DNA of 64,000 bases from positions 288,001 to 352,000 of the forward strand of contig OZ219750.1 in assembly GCA_964291315.2 (NCBI GenBank), in the 5' to 3' direction. This stretch comes from Candidatus Poribacteria bacterium. Lineage in GTDB: Bacteria > Poribacteria > WGA-4E > WGA-3G. The notes under the pieces were generated by a model, which saw only the letters and a program-made list of their open reading frames with translations, did no database searches and was not told where the DNA came from. Each line of letters starts with the position of its first letter. Position 1 is the first letter of the stretch. Position numbers and translations under genes: made by a program. Of the stretch, positions 31,986 through 41,619 are shown piece by piece.

Positions 31986-33996
31986 ATGTCAAAGAAAAGT
32001 TTCGACCAAAAACTGATTAATCTTCTCGAAACCAACCCTAACTTTGTTGATGATAGCGGAGCACTCCATCGCCCGAGCGTCAGGCAACGGGCTTGGAAAC
32101 TCGACCCCGAGCTCATTCGGACCCTGTGTACCGACGAAGAAATCGCGGCGAAGTTCTTCAAAGAGATAGCAGGACGCTGGATCTTCGATAACAACGCCTT
32201 CGTTGATTATATCACGGATAAGAACTTCTTCGCCGACTCCTACACCCAGTTCCGCAATAGAATCGGCTTGAACATTGATGGCAAGTATCTGCGCGAGCGC
32301 GGGGAAGTCGCACTCGTCTGGCCCTATAAGGATTGTGTATTAGAAGGCGGTCAGACGCGCGAAGAGGAGAGGCGTGAAGAGATATTTTTCAACGAGGTTC
32401 TGGCGCCGGATGAGATAGATCGTATGTTTGATGCGAAGGTTCTGACGTGTTGGGAGCGTCATGCTATTAGGGCGATGGGAGGAGAGGTTGATAAGAGCGG
32501 GGGGGGTAATCTGTGATAAGCACATAGAAAGTGGAACCCTCGAACTGAAGCGAGATGACGCTGGCGTTATTCGTGAGAACCTTGTCATCAAAGGCAACAA
32601 CCTGATTGTCCTGCACACCCTTAAAGAGCAATTTCGCGGGCAGGTCAAGCTCATTTGCATCGACCCGCCGTATAATACAGGTGGAGAAGCAAATATTTTC
32701 ACTTATAACAACACTTTCAACCATTCCAGTTGGCTGACCTTTATGAAAAATAGGTTGGATATAGCAAAACAATTGTTGAGAGATGATGGGTTTATCGCAA
32801 TTTCCATAGATCAATATGAGCTTTTATACTTAGGAACGTTAGCTGACGAAATTTTTGGGAGGGATAACCGTATTTCGGTGCTAACCATCGTTCATCATCC
32901 GGCGGGTAAGACCAACAACAATTTTTTCGCAACAACAAACGAATTTATGATAGTGTATGCTAAGAATAGGGAGCTTGCAAAGCTAAGCTTTTTCGAGATG
33001 TCTGAAAAGACTGAGAGGAGCTACCAGCACGTAGATGAGGTTTCACGATACAAACTAGAAAATCTGATGCGAAAGGGGGAAACAAGGAACGCTCGCCGAG
33101 AAGATAGACCGAAACAATTTTATCCCATTTATATCTCTAAGGACCTAAAACAGATTTCTTTGACAAAAGAGGACAACTATTATGAAGTTCTCCCAACAGA
33201 AAATGGGAGAGAATGGGTATGGTCAAATTCACCTTCAACTTTGCAGAAAAAAATAGATAATAACGAAATAGCTGTCAAAAAGCATAAAGATGGATACATT
33301 CAGGTCTTTTTTAAACGAAGAATCACGGATTATCCGGGAGAGCGTCCGAAGAGCACTTGGATTGGTAAAAAGTATAATGCTACGGAACATGGCACCAAAC
33401 TGTTGGAGCGTATATTGGGGAAAAAATCTTTTTCATATCCAAAGTCGTTATACACGATCGTAGACATCATAAAAATTACGACAGAGCCTGGCGATATTGT
33501 GCTGGATTTCTTTGCGGGCTCAGGCACTACAGGACATGCGGTGTTAGAGCTGAATAAAGAGGACGGTGGCAATCGGCAGTTTATCCTTGTAGAACAGTTG
33601 GACAAGCACATAGCCGTTTGTAAAGAACGGCTTCGGAAAGTTATGGAAAAAGAGGGGCTTCTCGGAGCACATTTCGTCTCGTGTGAGCTGATGCCTTACA
33701 ACGAAGTCTTCATGGAACGGATCCACTCGGCGAACACCTCTGCCGAGCTACTGGACATCTGGCACGATATGTCAGAAGATTCCGCACTCAATTGGTACGT
33801 CACCCCGGAGCGTCCAGAGGCGGCAGAGGCACACTTTATCGCTATCAACGACGTTGTGGGACAGAAGCGGCTATTAGCCGAGTTATTGGATAAGAACCAG
33901 CTGTATGTGCATCTCTCTGAAATAGAGGACGAAACATTTCAGGTCAGCGCGGCAGATAAGACGTTGAATAAGGCATTTTATGGTAATCTTATATGA
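31986..33996 (+). CDS. mod: Type III R-M methyltransferase Mod, copy 2, split by a frameshift at G8 (32499-32506)
   Basis: Same architecture; CIDPPY, DFFAGSGTT; central region differs from copies 1 and 3. Confidence 0.9.
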
Positions 33997-34025
33997 ACTA
34001 CCTGAAGCTATCAGTATATGGATAG

Positions 34026-35486
34026 TTAAACACCAAAAAATTCCGAAATACCCTTAATAAGCTTTGAGTAAATACTCAAAGCTCCAGATGTTGTGGACAT
34101 AAGATCAACTGGGGTTTTTCGTGAATTTGAAACATGAAATATGGCATTTCGGTGCATTTTGAGTTTTCGCATTTCTTTAGAAGACGTGAATGTATCCAAT
34201 TTTCTATTGGCTAGTGAAGGATCCTCTTTTGATACAGCATAGTAGATTCTCAGAAGCTCATAAAAAAGAGCTATGTTAACCCTATATGGGGCAATCCACT
34301 CGTCACAATCTTGAAGGCTAAAACTGTTAGGGATGTCTTTACAGATGCAAGATAATTCTTCCTTACTGATTAAAGGATACTGTTTATTTTTTTCCAAAAG
34401 ACTCATATTAACTGAATTTCTTTCGTAAAGAAATTCATTCCACAGTACAACACTAGTCATTAGAATGCGCATGTAGCCTCCTATATTCTCCTTTAGATGG
34501 GTTGCATGCTCCCGGCTACCAAGAAAATTTGATATTTGCCTTCCAGATATCAACATAGCAATTATATGATGTCGCATTGCCGTTTGTTTCTCTACTAGCT
34601 CAGTAGATTGTCCATCAATAATAATAGAGGTTTCTCCTGTTAAGTATTGTGGAATGAAGTGCACTTTAGGCAAAGCCTGATCCAACTCGTTCATGCATTC
34701 TGCAATACAATAGGCTATCTTTATTTGTGTTTGGTTCGGTAACCAGGATTGAATGTTCTCTGGCAATATTTTTATTTTTCGCTTTAGTTCTGGTAACTGA
34801 TCCACACACCACTTCATGCCTGATAGGTTGTGATCAAGTTTCATTTGCTCCATCTTGACTGTTAGAAAGCTATATAGGCAATACAATTTCTGGATTTCCG
34901 GTAGGCAATTAAGAGTGTTTGACAGATAATTGGATAATTTGTCCTGCAGCCTTTGTAGGTATCCATCGAATTTGCATTGCAGGATTGGAGCTAGGTTATG
35001 AGAAGGCTTAACTTGTAAAAATTGACGTTCAGCAGAGAGACTGTCTTTATTCGGATGCAGGAAAGAATCTCGGAATTTCTTTAACCTATCAACCCACTGT
35101 TTGTTGGTTTTCAAATAAGAATCCAGTTCATCATCCCGGTAGATGTTGTGGGTTTTCTTTAATTTTTCGAAAGATTCAATTTCAGCGTAGAACAAAGCAA
35201 GGTACAGTTGAAGCGGATAAACCGTTGCATATTCGATACCAGTTCGATTAGTCTCATTATTTTCTAATCCTTGATCGTTCAGCATCTTCGATTGAATGTC
35301 TTCTATTGTTACCTCGCCTTCGTTTCTATTTTGGCAATACTCAGATGCTTCTGTAAAGTGGATCATATTACGAAATGCTATTTTACGTATGCGCTCAAGA
35401 ATGACTGTCCTATGGTAAAGTAAATTCTTATAAGGGTTAACTATGGATTGTATATTGACAATATCTAGTTTTTCAAGATCTGTCAC
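34026..35486 (-). CDS. AT-rich protein with two duplicated HEPN-like domains (putative RNase/defence effector)
   Basis: GTG start with GGAGG RBS; Rx4H motifs RDSFLH (aa 139-144) and RNAIFH (aa 446-451), each preceded by an alignable P....ALFY...K...LD...LK segment. Confidence 0.7.
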   Translation of the reverse strand: MTDLEKLDIVNIQSIVNPYKNLLYHRTVILERIRKIAFRNMIHFTEASEYCQNRNEGEVTIEDIQSKMLNDQGLENNETNRTGIEYATVYPLQLYLALFYAEIESFEKLKKTHNIYRDDELDSYLKTNKQWVDRLKKFRDSFLHPNKDSLSAERQFLQVKPSHNLAPILQCKFDGYLQRLQDKLSNYLSNTLNCLPEIQKLYCLYSFLTVKMEQMKLDHNLSGMKWCVDQLPELKRKIKILPENIQSWLPNQTQIKIAYCIAECMNELDQALPKVHFIPQYLTGETSIIIDGQSTELVEKQTAMRHHIIAMLISGRQISNFLGSREHATHLKENIGGYMRILMTSVVLWNEFLYERNSVNMSLLEKNKQYPLISKEELSCICKDIPNSFSLQDCDEWIAPYRVNIALFYELLRIYYAVSKEDPSLANRKLDTFTSSKEMRKLKMHRNAIFHVSNSRKTPVDLMSTTSGALSIYSKLIKGISEFFGV

Positions 35487-35586
35487 TTCAATTTCCTCCG
35501 TATTTGCCAGTTGATGTTTTATCCACTACAAATTGCAAATAACATAAGGTGGACTATATAGTTATCGATAATCTTATTTTGGGTAT

Positions 35587-35615
35587 AGTATAGCACAATT
35601 AAATAGGGAAATCAA
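35587..35615 (-). promoter_or_regulatory. Sigma70-type promoter for the dual-HEPN gene
   Basis: Minus strand TTGATT-N17-TATACT with an extended TG. Confidence 0.5.
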
Positions 35616-35899
35616 ATTTCGACCGGGGGTATTTAGTTTTAAAATTTCTCACTGACTGTATGATTTTAACATTAGGTGATTGTTAAACAAAAAAAAGATC
35701 CTTCGTGGTCTTGACCATTGTAACAGTTTATACAGTTTAGGGGCAATCTGAGTTATGTCTAGAAAAATGTCCGATAAATCGGCACGTGAAAAAGCAAGCT
35801 GGCTCTGCTTAGGTCAAAAATAATAAATGTAAAAAAAATAGGCGAAGAAATACAGATACCTGCTCATAAGAGAAAAAAGTCGTTTATTTCGCAGAAAAG

Positions 35900-35908
35900 T
35901 GTTATAAT
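35900..35908 (+). promoter_or_regulatory. Extended -10 promoter upstream of mod3-res
   Basis: TGtTATAAT just before the repeated upstream block. Confidence 0.45.
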
Positions 35909-36039
35909 CTATTATGAGGATTTCTTTTGGAACAACATTTGATGGCTTTATTTTACCACAAAGTTCTCTTTGGACAACATTGTTAATTCTCTATCAATTC
36001 ACATTACCTCACACATGAAGACAAAAAGGACACACCTGT

Positions 36040-38053
36040 ATGTCAAAGAAAAGTTTCGACCAAAAACTGATTAATCTTCTCGAAACCAACCCTAACTTTG
36101 TTGATGATAGCGGAGCACTCCATCGCCCGAGCGTCAGGCAACGGGCTTGGAAACTCGACCCCGAGCTCATTCGGACCCTGTGTACCGACGAAGAAATCGC
36201 GGCGAAGTTCTTCAAAGAGATAGCGGGGCGTTGGATCTTCGATAACAACACCTTCGTTGATTATATCACGGATAAGAACTTCTTCGCCGACTCCTACACC
36301 CAGTTCCGCAATAGAATCGGCTTGAACATTGATGGCAAGTATCTGCGCGAGCGCGGGGAAGTCGCCCTGGTCTGGCCGTATAAGGATTGCGTATTAGAAG
36401 GCGGTCAGACGCGCGAAGAGGAGAGGCGTGAAGAGATATTTTTCAACGAGGTTCTGGCGCCGGATGAGATAGATCGTATGTTTGATGCGAAGGTTCTGAC
36501 GTGTTGGGAGCGTCATGCTGTTAGGAGTATGGGAGGAGAGGTTGATAAGAGCGGGGGGGGTAATCTGTGATAAGCATATAGAAAACGGAAGCCTCGAACT
36601 GAATAGAGATGATGCTGGCGTTATTCGTGAGAACCTTGTCATCAAAGGCAACAACCTGATTGTCCTGCACACCCTTAAAGAACAATTTCGCGGGCGGGTC
36701 AAACTTATTTACATCGATCCACCGTATAATACCAAAGGAGATGCTAACATTTTTGGATATAACAATTCTTTCAATCACTCAAGTTGGTTGACATTTATGA
36801 AAAACAGACTTGATATTGCTCAAGATATGTTATCAGAAAATGGAGTAATAGTTGTTACCATAGATGATTATGAATATGCTCACCTTAAATTGCTATGTGA
36901 TGAGGTTTTCGGCATAAACAATTATATTGGAACTATAGTAATCCAAAACAAGCCAGGTGGTAGGACAATAAACCCCCATTTTGCTACCTGTCACGAATAC
37001 GCTTTATTTTACGCGAAAGCTATTGATAATATAAAAACAAACCTTGTCAAACTCACTAAACAACAAGAGCTGAGCTTCAACTTTAAGGATCAGATTGGCA
37101 GATATCAACTTTCACCATTTAGGCGGGGTGGAGGCTATTCAACACCTGAAGAGAGACCTAATTCTTTCTATCCGATTTACTATAATCCACATGGAAATGA
37201 ATTTTCTCTTAAGAAAAAGGAAGGATTTTTTCAAATTCTCCCCAAAGATTCACACGGGAAAAACCGAGTTTGGCGGCAGACAAAACCCTCTTTTGAAAAA
37301 TTAGTGGAGAAAGGGGAAATCGTCTGTAAAAAGTCTAAAGGCAAATGGAGCTTGTACATAAAGGATCGGATGCCAGAAGGACGGAAAACTAAAACGATAT
37401 GGACTGATTCAAAATATGACGCGTCAGCACATGGAACAATACTTCTTAAAAAGATGTTTGATGGTGAGAAAGTCTTCAGTTATCCTAAATCGATTCATGC
37501 CGTAAAAGATACTATTAATCTTCTAACTCAGCCCAACGATAAAGATATTGTGCTGGATTTCTTTGCGGGTTCAGGCACTACAGGGCATGCGGTGTTAGAG
37601 CTGAATAAAGAGGACGGTGGCGCTCGGCAGTTTATACTTGTAGAACAATTGGACAAGCACATAGCTGTTTGTAAAGAACGACTTGAGAAAGTCATTGAAA
37701 AAGAGGGGCTCCTCGGAGCAAATTTTGTCTCGTGTGAGCTGATGCCTTACAACGAAGTCTTCATGGAACGGATCCAGTCGGCGAACACCTCTGCCGAGCT
37801 ATTGAACATCTGGCACGATATGTCAGAAGATTCCGCTCTCAATTGGTACGTCACCCCGGAGCATCCAGAGGCGGCAGAGGCACACTTTATCGCTATCAAC
37901 GACGTTGAGGGACAGAGGCGGCTATTAGCCGAGCTGTTGGATAAGAACCAGTTGTATGTGCATCTCTCTGAAATAGAGGACGAAACATTTCAGGTCAGTG
38001 AAGCAGACAAAACACTCAATAAGAATTTTTATGAAGGAGATCACGATGCCTAA
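36040..38053 (+). CDS. mod: Type III R-M methyltransferase Mod, copy 3, split by a frameshift at G8 (36553-36560)
   Basis: Same architecture; YIDPPY, DFFAGSGTT; 3' end overlaps the res start. Confidence 0.9.
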
Positions 38054-40649
38054 CCTATTTCTCCATGAAGAACTCGACATCGCATTTAGCTACGGGGTAC
38101 CTAAACCTGAAATACCTGATAGCATTCTTCAAAACCTGAATCCTGCGTTTGAGCTTCGACCTTATCAAGTAGAGGCGTTTGCGAGGTCTATTCACTGTTT
38201 GAACGGAGATCTTCAGGCTAAGCAAAATCCGTCACATCTGCTGTTTAATATGGCAACCGGCAGCGGTAAGACGCTTATTATGGCGGGGCTGATCCTCTAT
38301 CTCTATGAACAAGGCTACCGGAATTTTCTCTTTTTCGTCAATGCCGACAATATCATTGAAAAAACAAAGGATAATTTTCTCAATTCGGGGTCCTCAAAAT
38401 ACCTTTTCAATGCGGACATCTATATCAAAGGCGACAGAGTTAAGGTGACAGAAGTAGAGAATTTTGAAGGAGTCAACGCAAACGACATTAACATCCGATT
38501 TGCGACAATTCAGAAGTTACACAGCGATTTGATGACAGAAAAAGAGAACGCTTTAACCTTTGATAATTTTGAGAAAGAGAGAATCGTTCTTTTGGCTGAC
38601 GAAGCGCACCACCTGAACGTCGCTGCGAGGGCACAACAGATCCAATTGGCTCTCAGCACGAAGAATTCAAAATTGGCTGGGAAGCCGACATGGGAGAACA
38701 CTGTTGAAAAGATATTTAACGCGAACGCCGGCAACTTGTTGCTGGAATTCACAGCTACGTTTGATGACAAAACCCCTGCAATTGTAGAAAAGTATCGGGA
38801 TAAAATCATCTATCGCTATGATTTAGTTCAATTTCGGAACGACAAATATTCAAAGGACATAGAGATTGTGAGGTCTGATTTCAGTCTGGAGGACCGTATT
38901 TTGCAAGCTGTTATTCTTCATTATTACAAGCAGGCAGTTGCTGCAAAACACACGATCCAGCTGAAACCGGTCATTCTGTTTAAGGGAAAAACAATACCGG
39001 ATTCCAAAAAAAATAAAGCGGATTTCCATAAACTTATGGAAAGGCTCACAAAAAATGATATTGAAAGGATTCGGAGGTCTGAAGTTGAAATTATTAAACG
39101 GGCGTTTCGCTTTTTTGATAATCATAAGATCAGTTCCGAGCAGTTGACTCGATCGCTCAAAACGGTCTTCCAGGAAAAATATTGTCTCGCTGTTAACTCG
39201 AAGATAGAGAGAGAGAAGTATCAGGTACAGGTAAACAGACTTGAGGAAAGAGACAATCCCATCCGCGCTATTTTCGCAGTGCAAATGCTCAGCGAAGGAT
39301 GGGATGTGCTGAATCTGTTCGACATCGTCCGCTGTTATGATACCGGTAGCACAGGGCATAACAAAATTGGGAAAGCGACAATTGCGGAGGCACAGCTTAT
39401 TGGGCGTGGGGCGCGTTATTATCCGTTCGCTCTGTCAGGGTACGCGGATAAATACAGGCGCAAATTTGACGAAGACATTGAACATGAACTTCGTGTGCTT
39501 GAGGAACTACATTATCACAGCATTAATGACTCGCCTTACATCACTGAAATCCGAAAGGCCCTGGTCGAGCAAGGGTTGATAGACAAAGAGACTGTGACTC
39601 GAGAGCTTAAATTGAAGGAGAAATTTAAGAAAACGGACCTTTACAAGTACGGTGTTATCTATTTGAATAAACAGGTGTCCAGAGACTATCAATATGTCAA
39701 ATCTTTTGCGGATTTGGCATCCTTGAGTGTGAAAAAGAAATGGCATGAGCATACGATTCACGAAAGCACGGGAGGGATGACGAAGATGATAGGAAAAAAA
39801 CAGACTTATGCCGTGCGGAACACAACTAGCCAAGACATAGCGATGGTCCATATTGAGCGCAATATTGTCCAAACTGCCCTCGCGCGGAATCCATTTTTCC
39901 GGTTTGCATCACTTAAGCGATATTTTCCGCAGTTGAGATCCATGAATGAATTTAGGACATCACCTGACTTTTTGGGGGGCTTGTCAATCACTTTCAAAGG
40001 AGATTTTTCCCAATTGGAAGACAGAGCATCAGAAAAACTGAAGGCGTGTTGCGATCTTTTGAAAAGAATAGAAACCGAACTTCGCCAACAAATTACCGAA
40101 TCTGAAGGTACGAAGTCCTTTCATAAGGAGCAAATCCACGCTATTTTCAAGGACAAGGCCCTGAAGTTCGATGCTAAGAACCCTCGGGCCGATGAGGATC
40201 ACGATGCTGAGCGTCTCGCGAAAGCGGAGAAATGGTTTGCTTTTGATGGGCTATACGGCACCAGCGAAGAAAAAGCCTTCGTACAATTTCTACATACACA
40301 TCTTGAAACATTAGAGGAAACCTACAGCGATATTTATCTGATCCGTAACGAGAGACATTTTTCTATTTATAATTTCCGTGACGGTCGAGCGTTCCAACCC
40401 GATTTTGTCCTCTTCTTAGGAAAGGAAGGCGGAGAAACATTGAGCTATCAACTTTTTATTGAACCGAAAGGTGAACACATTGCAGATTTTGACAGATGGA
40501 AAGAGGGCTTTCTGAAAGAAATTGATAGTGAACATAAGACTGAACTCATAATAGAGGATAAGAAATACCGTATTATCGGTCTACCGTTTTATCAGGAGAG
40601 AAAACAGAATGAATTCCGCGTTGCCCTTGATAAAGCACTGCAATTATAA
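38046..40649 (+). CDS. res: Type III restriction endonuclease Res subunit
   Basis: MATGSGKT, DEAH, EFTAT, LSEGWDVLN, QLIGRGAR; C-terminal FQPDF...FIEPKG (PD-ExK); RBS GAAGGAG. Confidence 0.93.
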   Translation: MPNLFLHEELDIAFSYGVPKPEIPDSILQNLNPAFELRPYQVEAFARSIHCLNGDLQAKQNPSHLLFNMATGSGKTLIMAGLILYLYEQGYRNFLFFVNADNIIEKTKDNFLNSGSSKYLFNADIYIKGDRVKVTEVENFEGVNANDINIRFATIQKLHSDLMTEKENALTFDNFEKERIVLLADEAHHLNVAARAQQIQLALSTKNSKLAGKPTWENTVEKIFNANAGNLLLEFTATFDDKTPAIVEKYRDKIIYRYDLVQFRNDKYSKDIEIVRSDFSLEDRILQAVILHYYKQAVAAKHTIQLKPVILFKGKTIPDSKKNKADFHKLMERLTKNDIERIRRSEVEIIKRAFRFFDNHKISSEQLTRSLKTVFQEKYCLAVNSKIEREKYQVQVNRLEERDNPIRAIFAVQMLSEGWDVLNLFDIVRCYDTGSTGHNKIGKATIAEAQLIGRGARYYPFALSGYADKYRRKFDEDIEHELRVLEELHYHSINDSPYITEIRKALVEQGLIDKETVTRELKLKEKFKKTDLYKYGVIYLNKQVSRDYQYVKSFADLASLSVKKKWHEHTIHESTGGMTKMIGKKQTYAVRNTTSQDIAMVHIERNIVQTALARNPFFRFASLKRYFPQLRSMNEFRTSPDFLGGLSITFKGDFSQLEDRASEKLKACCDLLKRIETELRQQITESEGTKSFHKEQIHAIFKDKALKFDAKNPRADEDHDAERLAKAEKWFAFDGLYGTSEEKAFVQFLHTHLETLEETYSDIYLIRNERHFSIYNFRDGRAFQPDFVLFLGKEGGETLSYQLFIEPKGEHIADFDRWKEGFLKEIDSEHKTELIIEDKKYRIIGLPFYQERKQNEFRVALDKALQL

Positions 40650-40675
40650 ACATCAAATGTATCAGGAGGGGTACG

Positions 40676-41527
40676 ATGGTAACACGTGAGCAGACCGACT
40701 TTTTTCACGAAAACGGATATGTCAAGTTTGGCAGGGTTTTAGATAACGATGGCGTTGAAGCGATGCGGGCAGGATTGGATGCAGTCATTCAGCTGGAGCT
40801 TGCTGCAGGCGATGATTCGTCCCCGGAGTTCAAGTACGGGCATGATCGCGGCGGAGATAGACTTAATCGAGGGGGTGGGCACCCGCGGGCGATTCACCAA
40901 TACATTAATATGTGGAAGCGTGATCCGCGCTATGAGGCAGCTATTCACCATCCGCTCATTGCAGGTACAGCCCGCGCCTTGTTAGATACTCCGGAGGTCC
41001 GCCTTTGGCACGATCAGGTTATCTCCAAGCCGCCTCACGACAACGGGCACTTCGGATTCCATCACGATTTTTTCTTTTGGCCCCTCAGCCCACCGAACAT
41101 TGTCAGCTGCTGGCTAGCGCTTGATGACGCAACAGTTGATAGTGGTTGTATGCACGTTATGCCGGGGAGCCATAAAGACCAACGTTTCTCTGTCGCAGCA
41201 CGAGCGACAGCAGAAGCGGCAGCGGTGAAAGCGCGCGAAGAAGGACGTGAACTGCCGGTCGACCCGTGGGCGGAAAGACGAAATTTGGACATCAGCCACG
41301 GGATTCCCGTAGAATTGGAGGCAGGCGAATGCATGTTCCACCACTGTCTGAATTTCCACGGCACGCCGCCGAATGTCACAGCGCGTCAACGGCGCGCGTT
41401 CGTTATGATTTTCATGGCTCAGGATGTCTGCTTTAACAAGGTGCAGTCACCGAACCATGTGCTTGTTCCAACAATAACGGTTGCGGATGGAGAACCGCTT
41501 GTCGGAGACGGATTTCCGGTAGCCTAG
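40676..41527 (+). CDS. Phytanoyl-CoA dioxygenase (PhyH)-family Fe/2OG enzyme
   Basis: FFHENGYV, HHD (HxD), WLALDDAT, PGSH, FHGT.PN...RRA. Confidence 0.88.
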   Translation: MVTREQTDFFHENGYVKFGRVLDNDGVEAMRAGLDAVIQLELAAGDDSSPEFKYGHDRGGDRLNRGGGHPRAIHQYINMWKRDPRYEAAIHHPLIAGTARALLDTPEVRLWHDQVISKPPHDNGHFGFHHDFFFWPLSPPNIVSCWLALDDATVDSGCMHVMPGSHKDQRFSVAARATAEAAAVKAREEGRELPVDPWAERRNLDISHGIPVELEAGECMFHHCLNFHGTPPNVTARQRRAFVMIFMAQDVCFNKVQSPNHVLVPTITVADGEPLVGDGFPVA

Positions 41528-41561
41528 CTTTGTAACGGATTTCCGGTAGCCTAGCTTTGTA
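41508..41561 (+). repeat. Perfect 27-bp tandem duplication covering the PhyH stop codon
   Basis: ACGGATTTCCGGTAGCCTAGCTTTGTA x2 (41508-41534, 41535-41561). Confidence 0.92.
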
Positions 41562-41619
41562 CAGGATCTGTGTTACAAACCGCATCTACAGCACAGGAAG
41601 CGAGGCGAGAGGTGATCAG

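Noticed and set aside
35779-35796. Sigma54 -24/-12 promoter (CGGCACGTGAAAAAGC)
   Set aside because: GG-to-GC spacing is off by one and TTGC is missing.
33990-36040. Cas13 / type VI CRISPR call for the dual-HEPN gene
   Set aside because: No repeat-spacer array or cas genes are visible on either flank; two Rx4H motifs alone are not sufficient.
29912-38053. mod copies as simple pseudogenes, or as an invertible shufflon
   Set aside because: The only lesion is the same G8 tract in all copies; the repeats are direct rather than inverted, and no recombinase is present.
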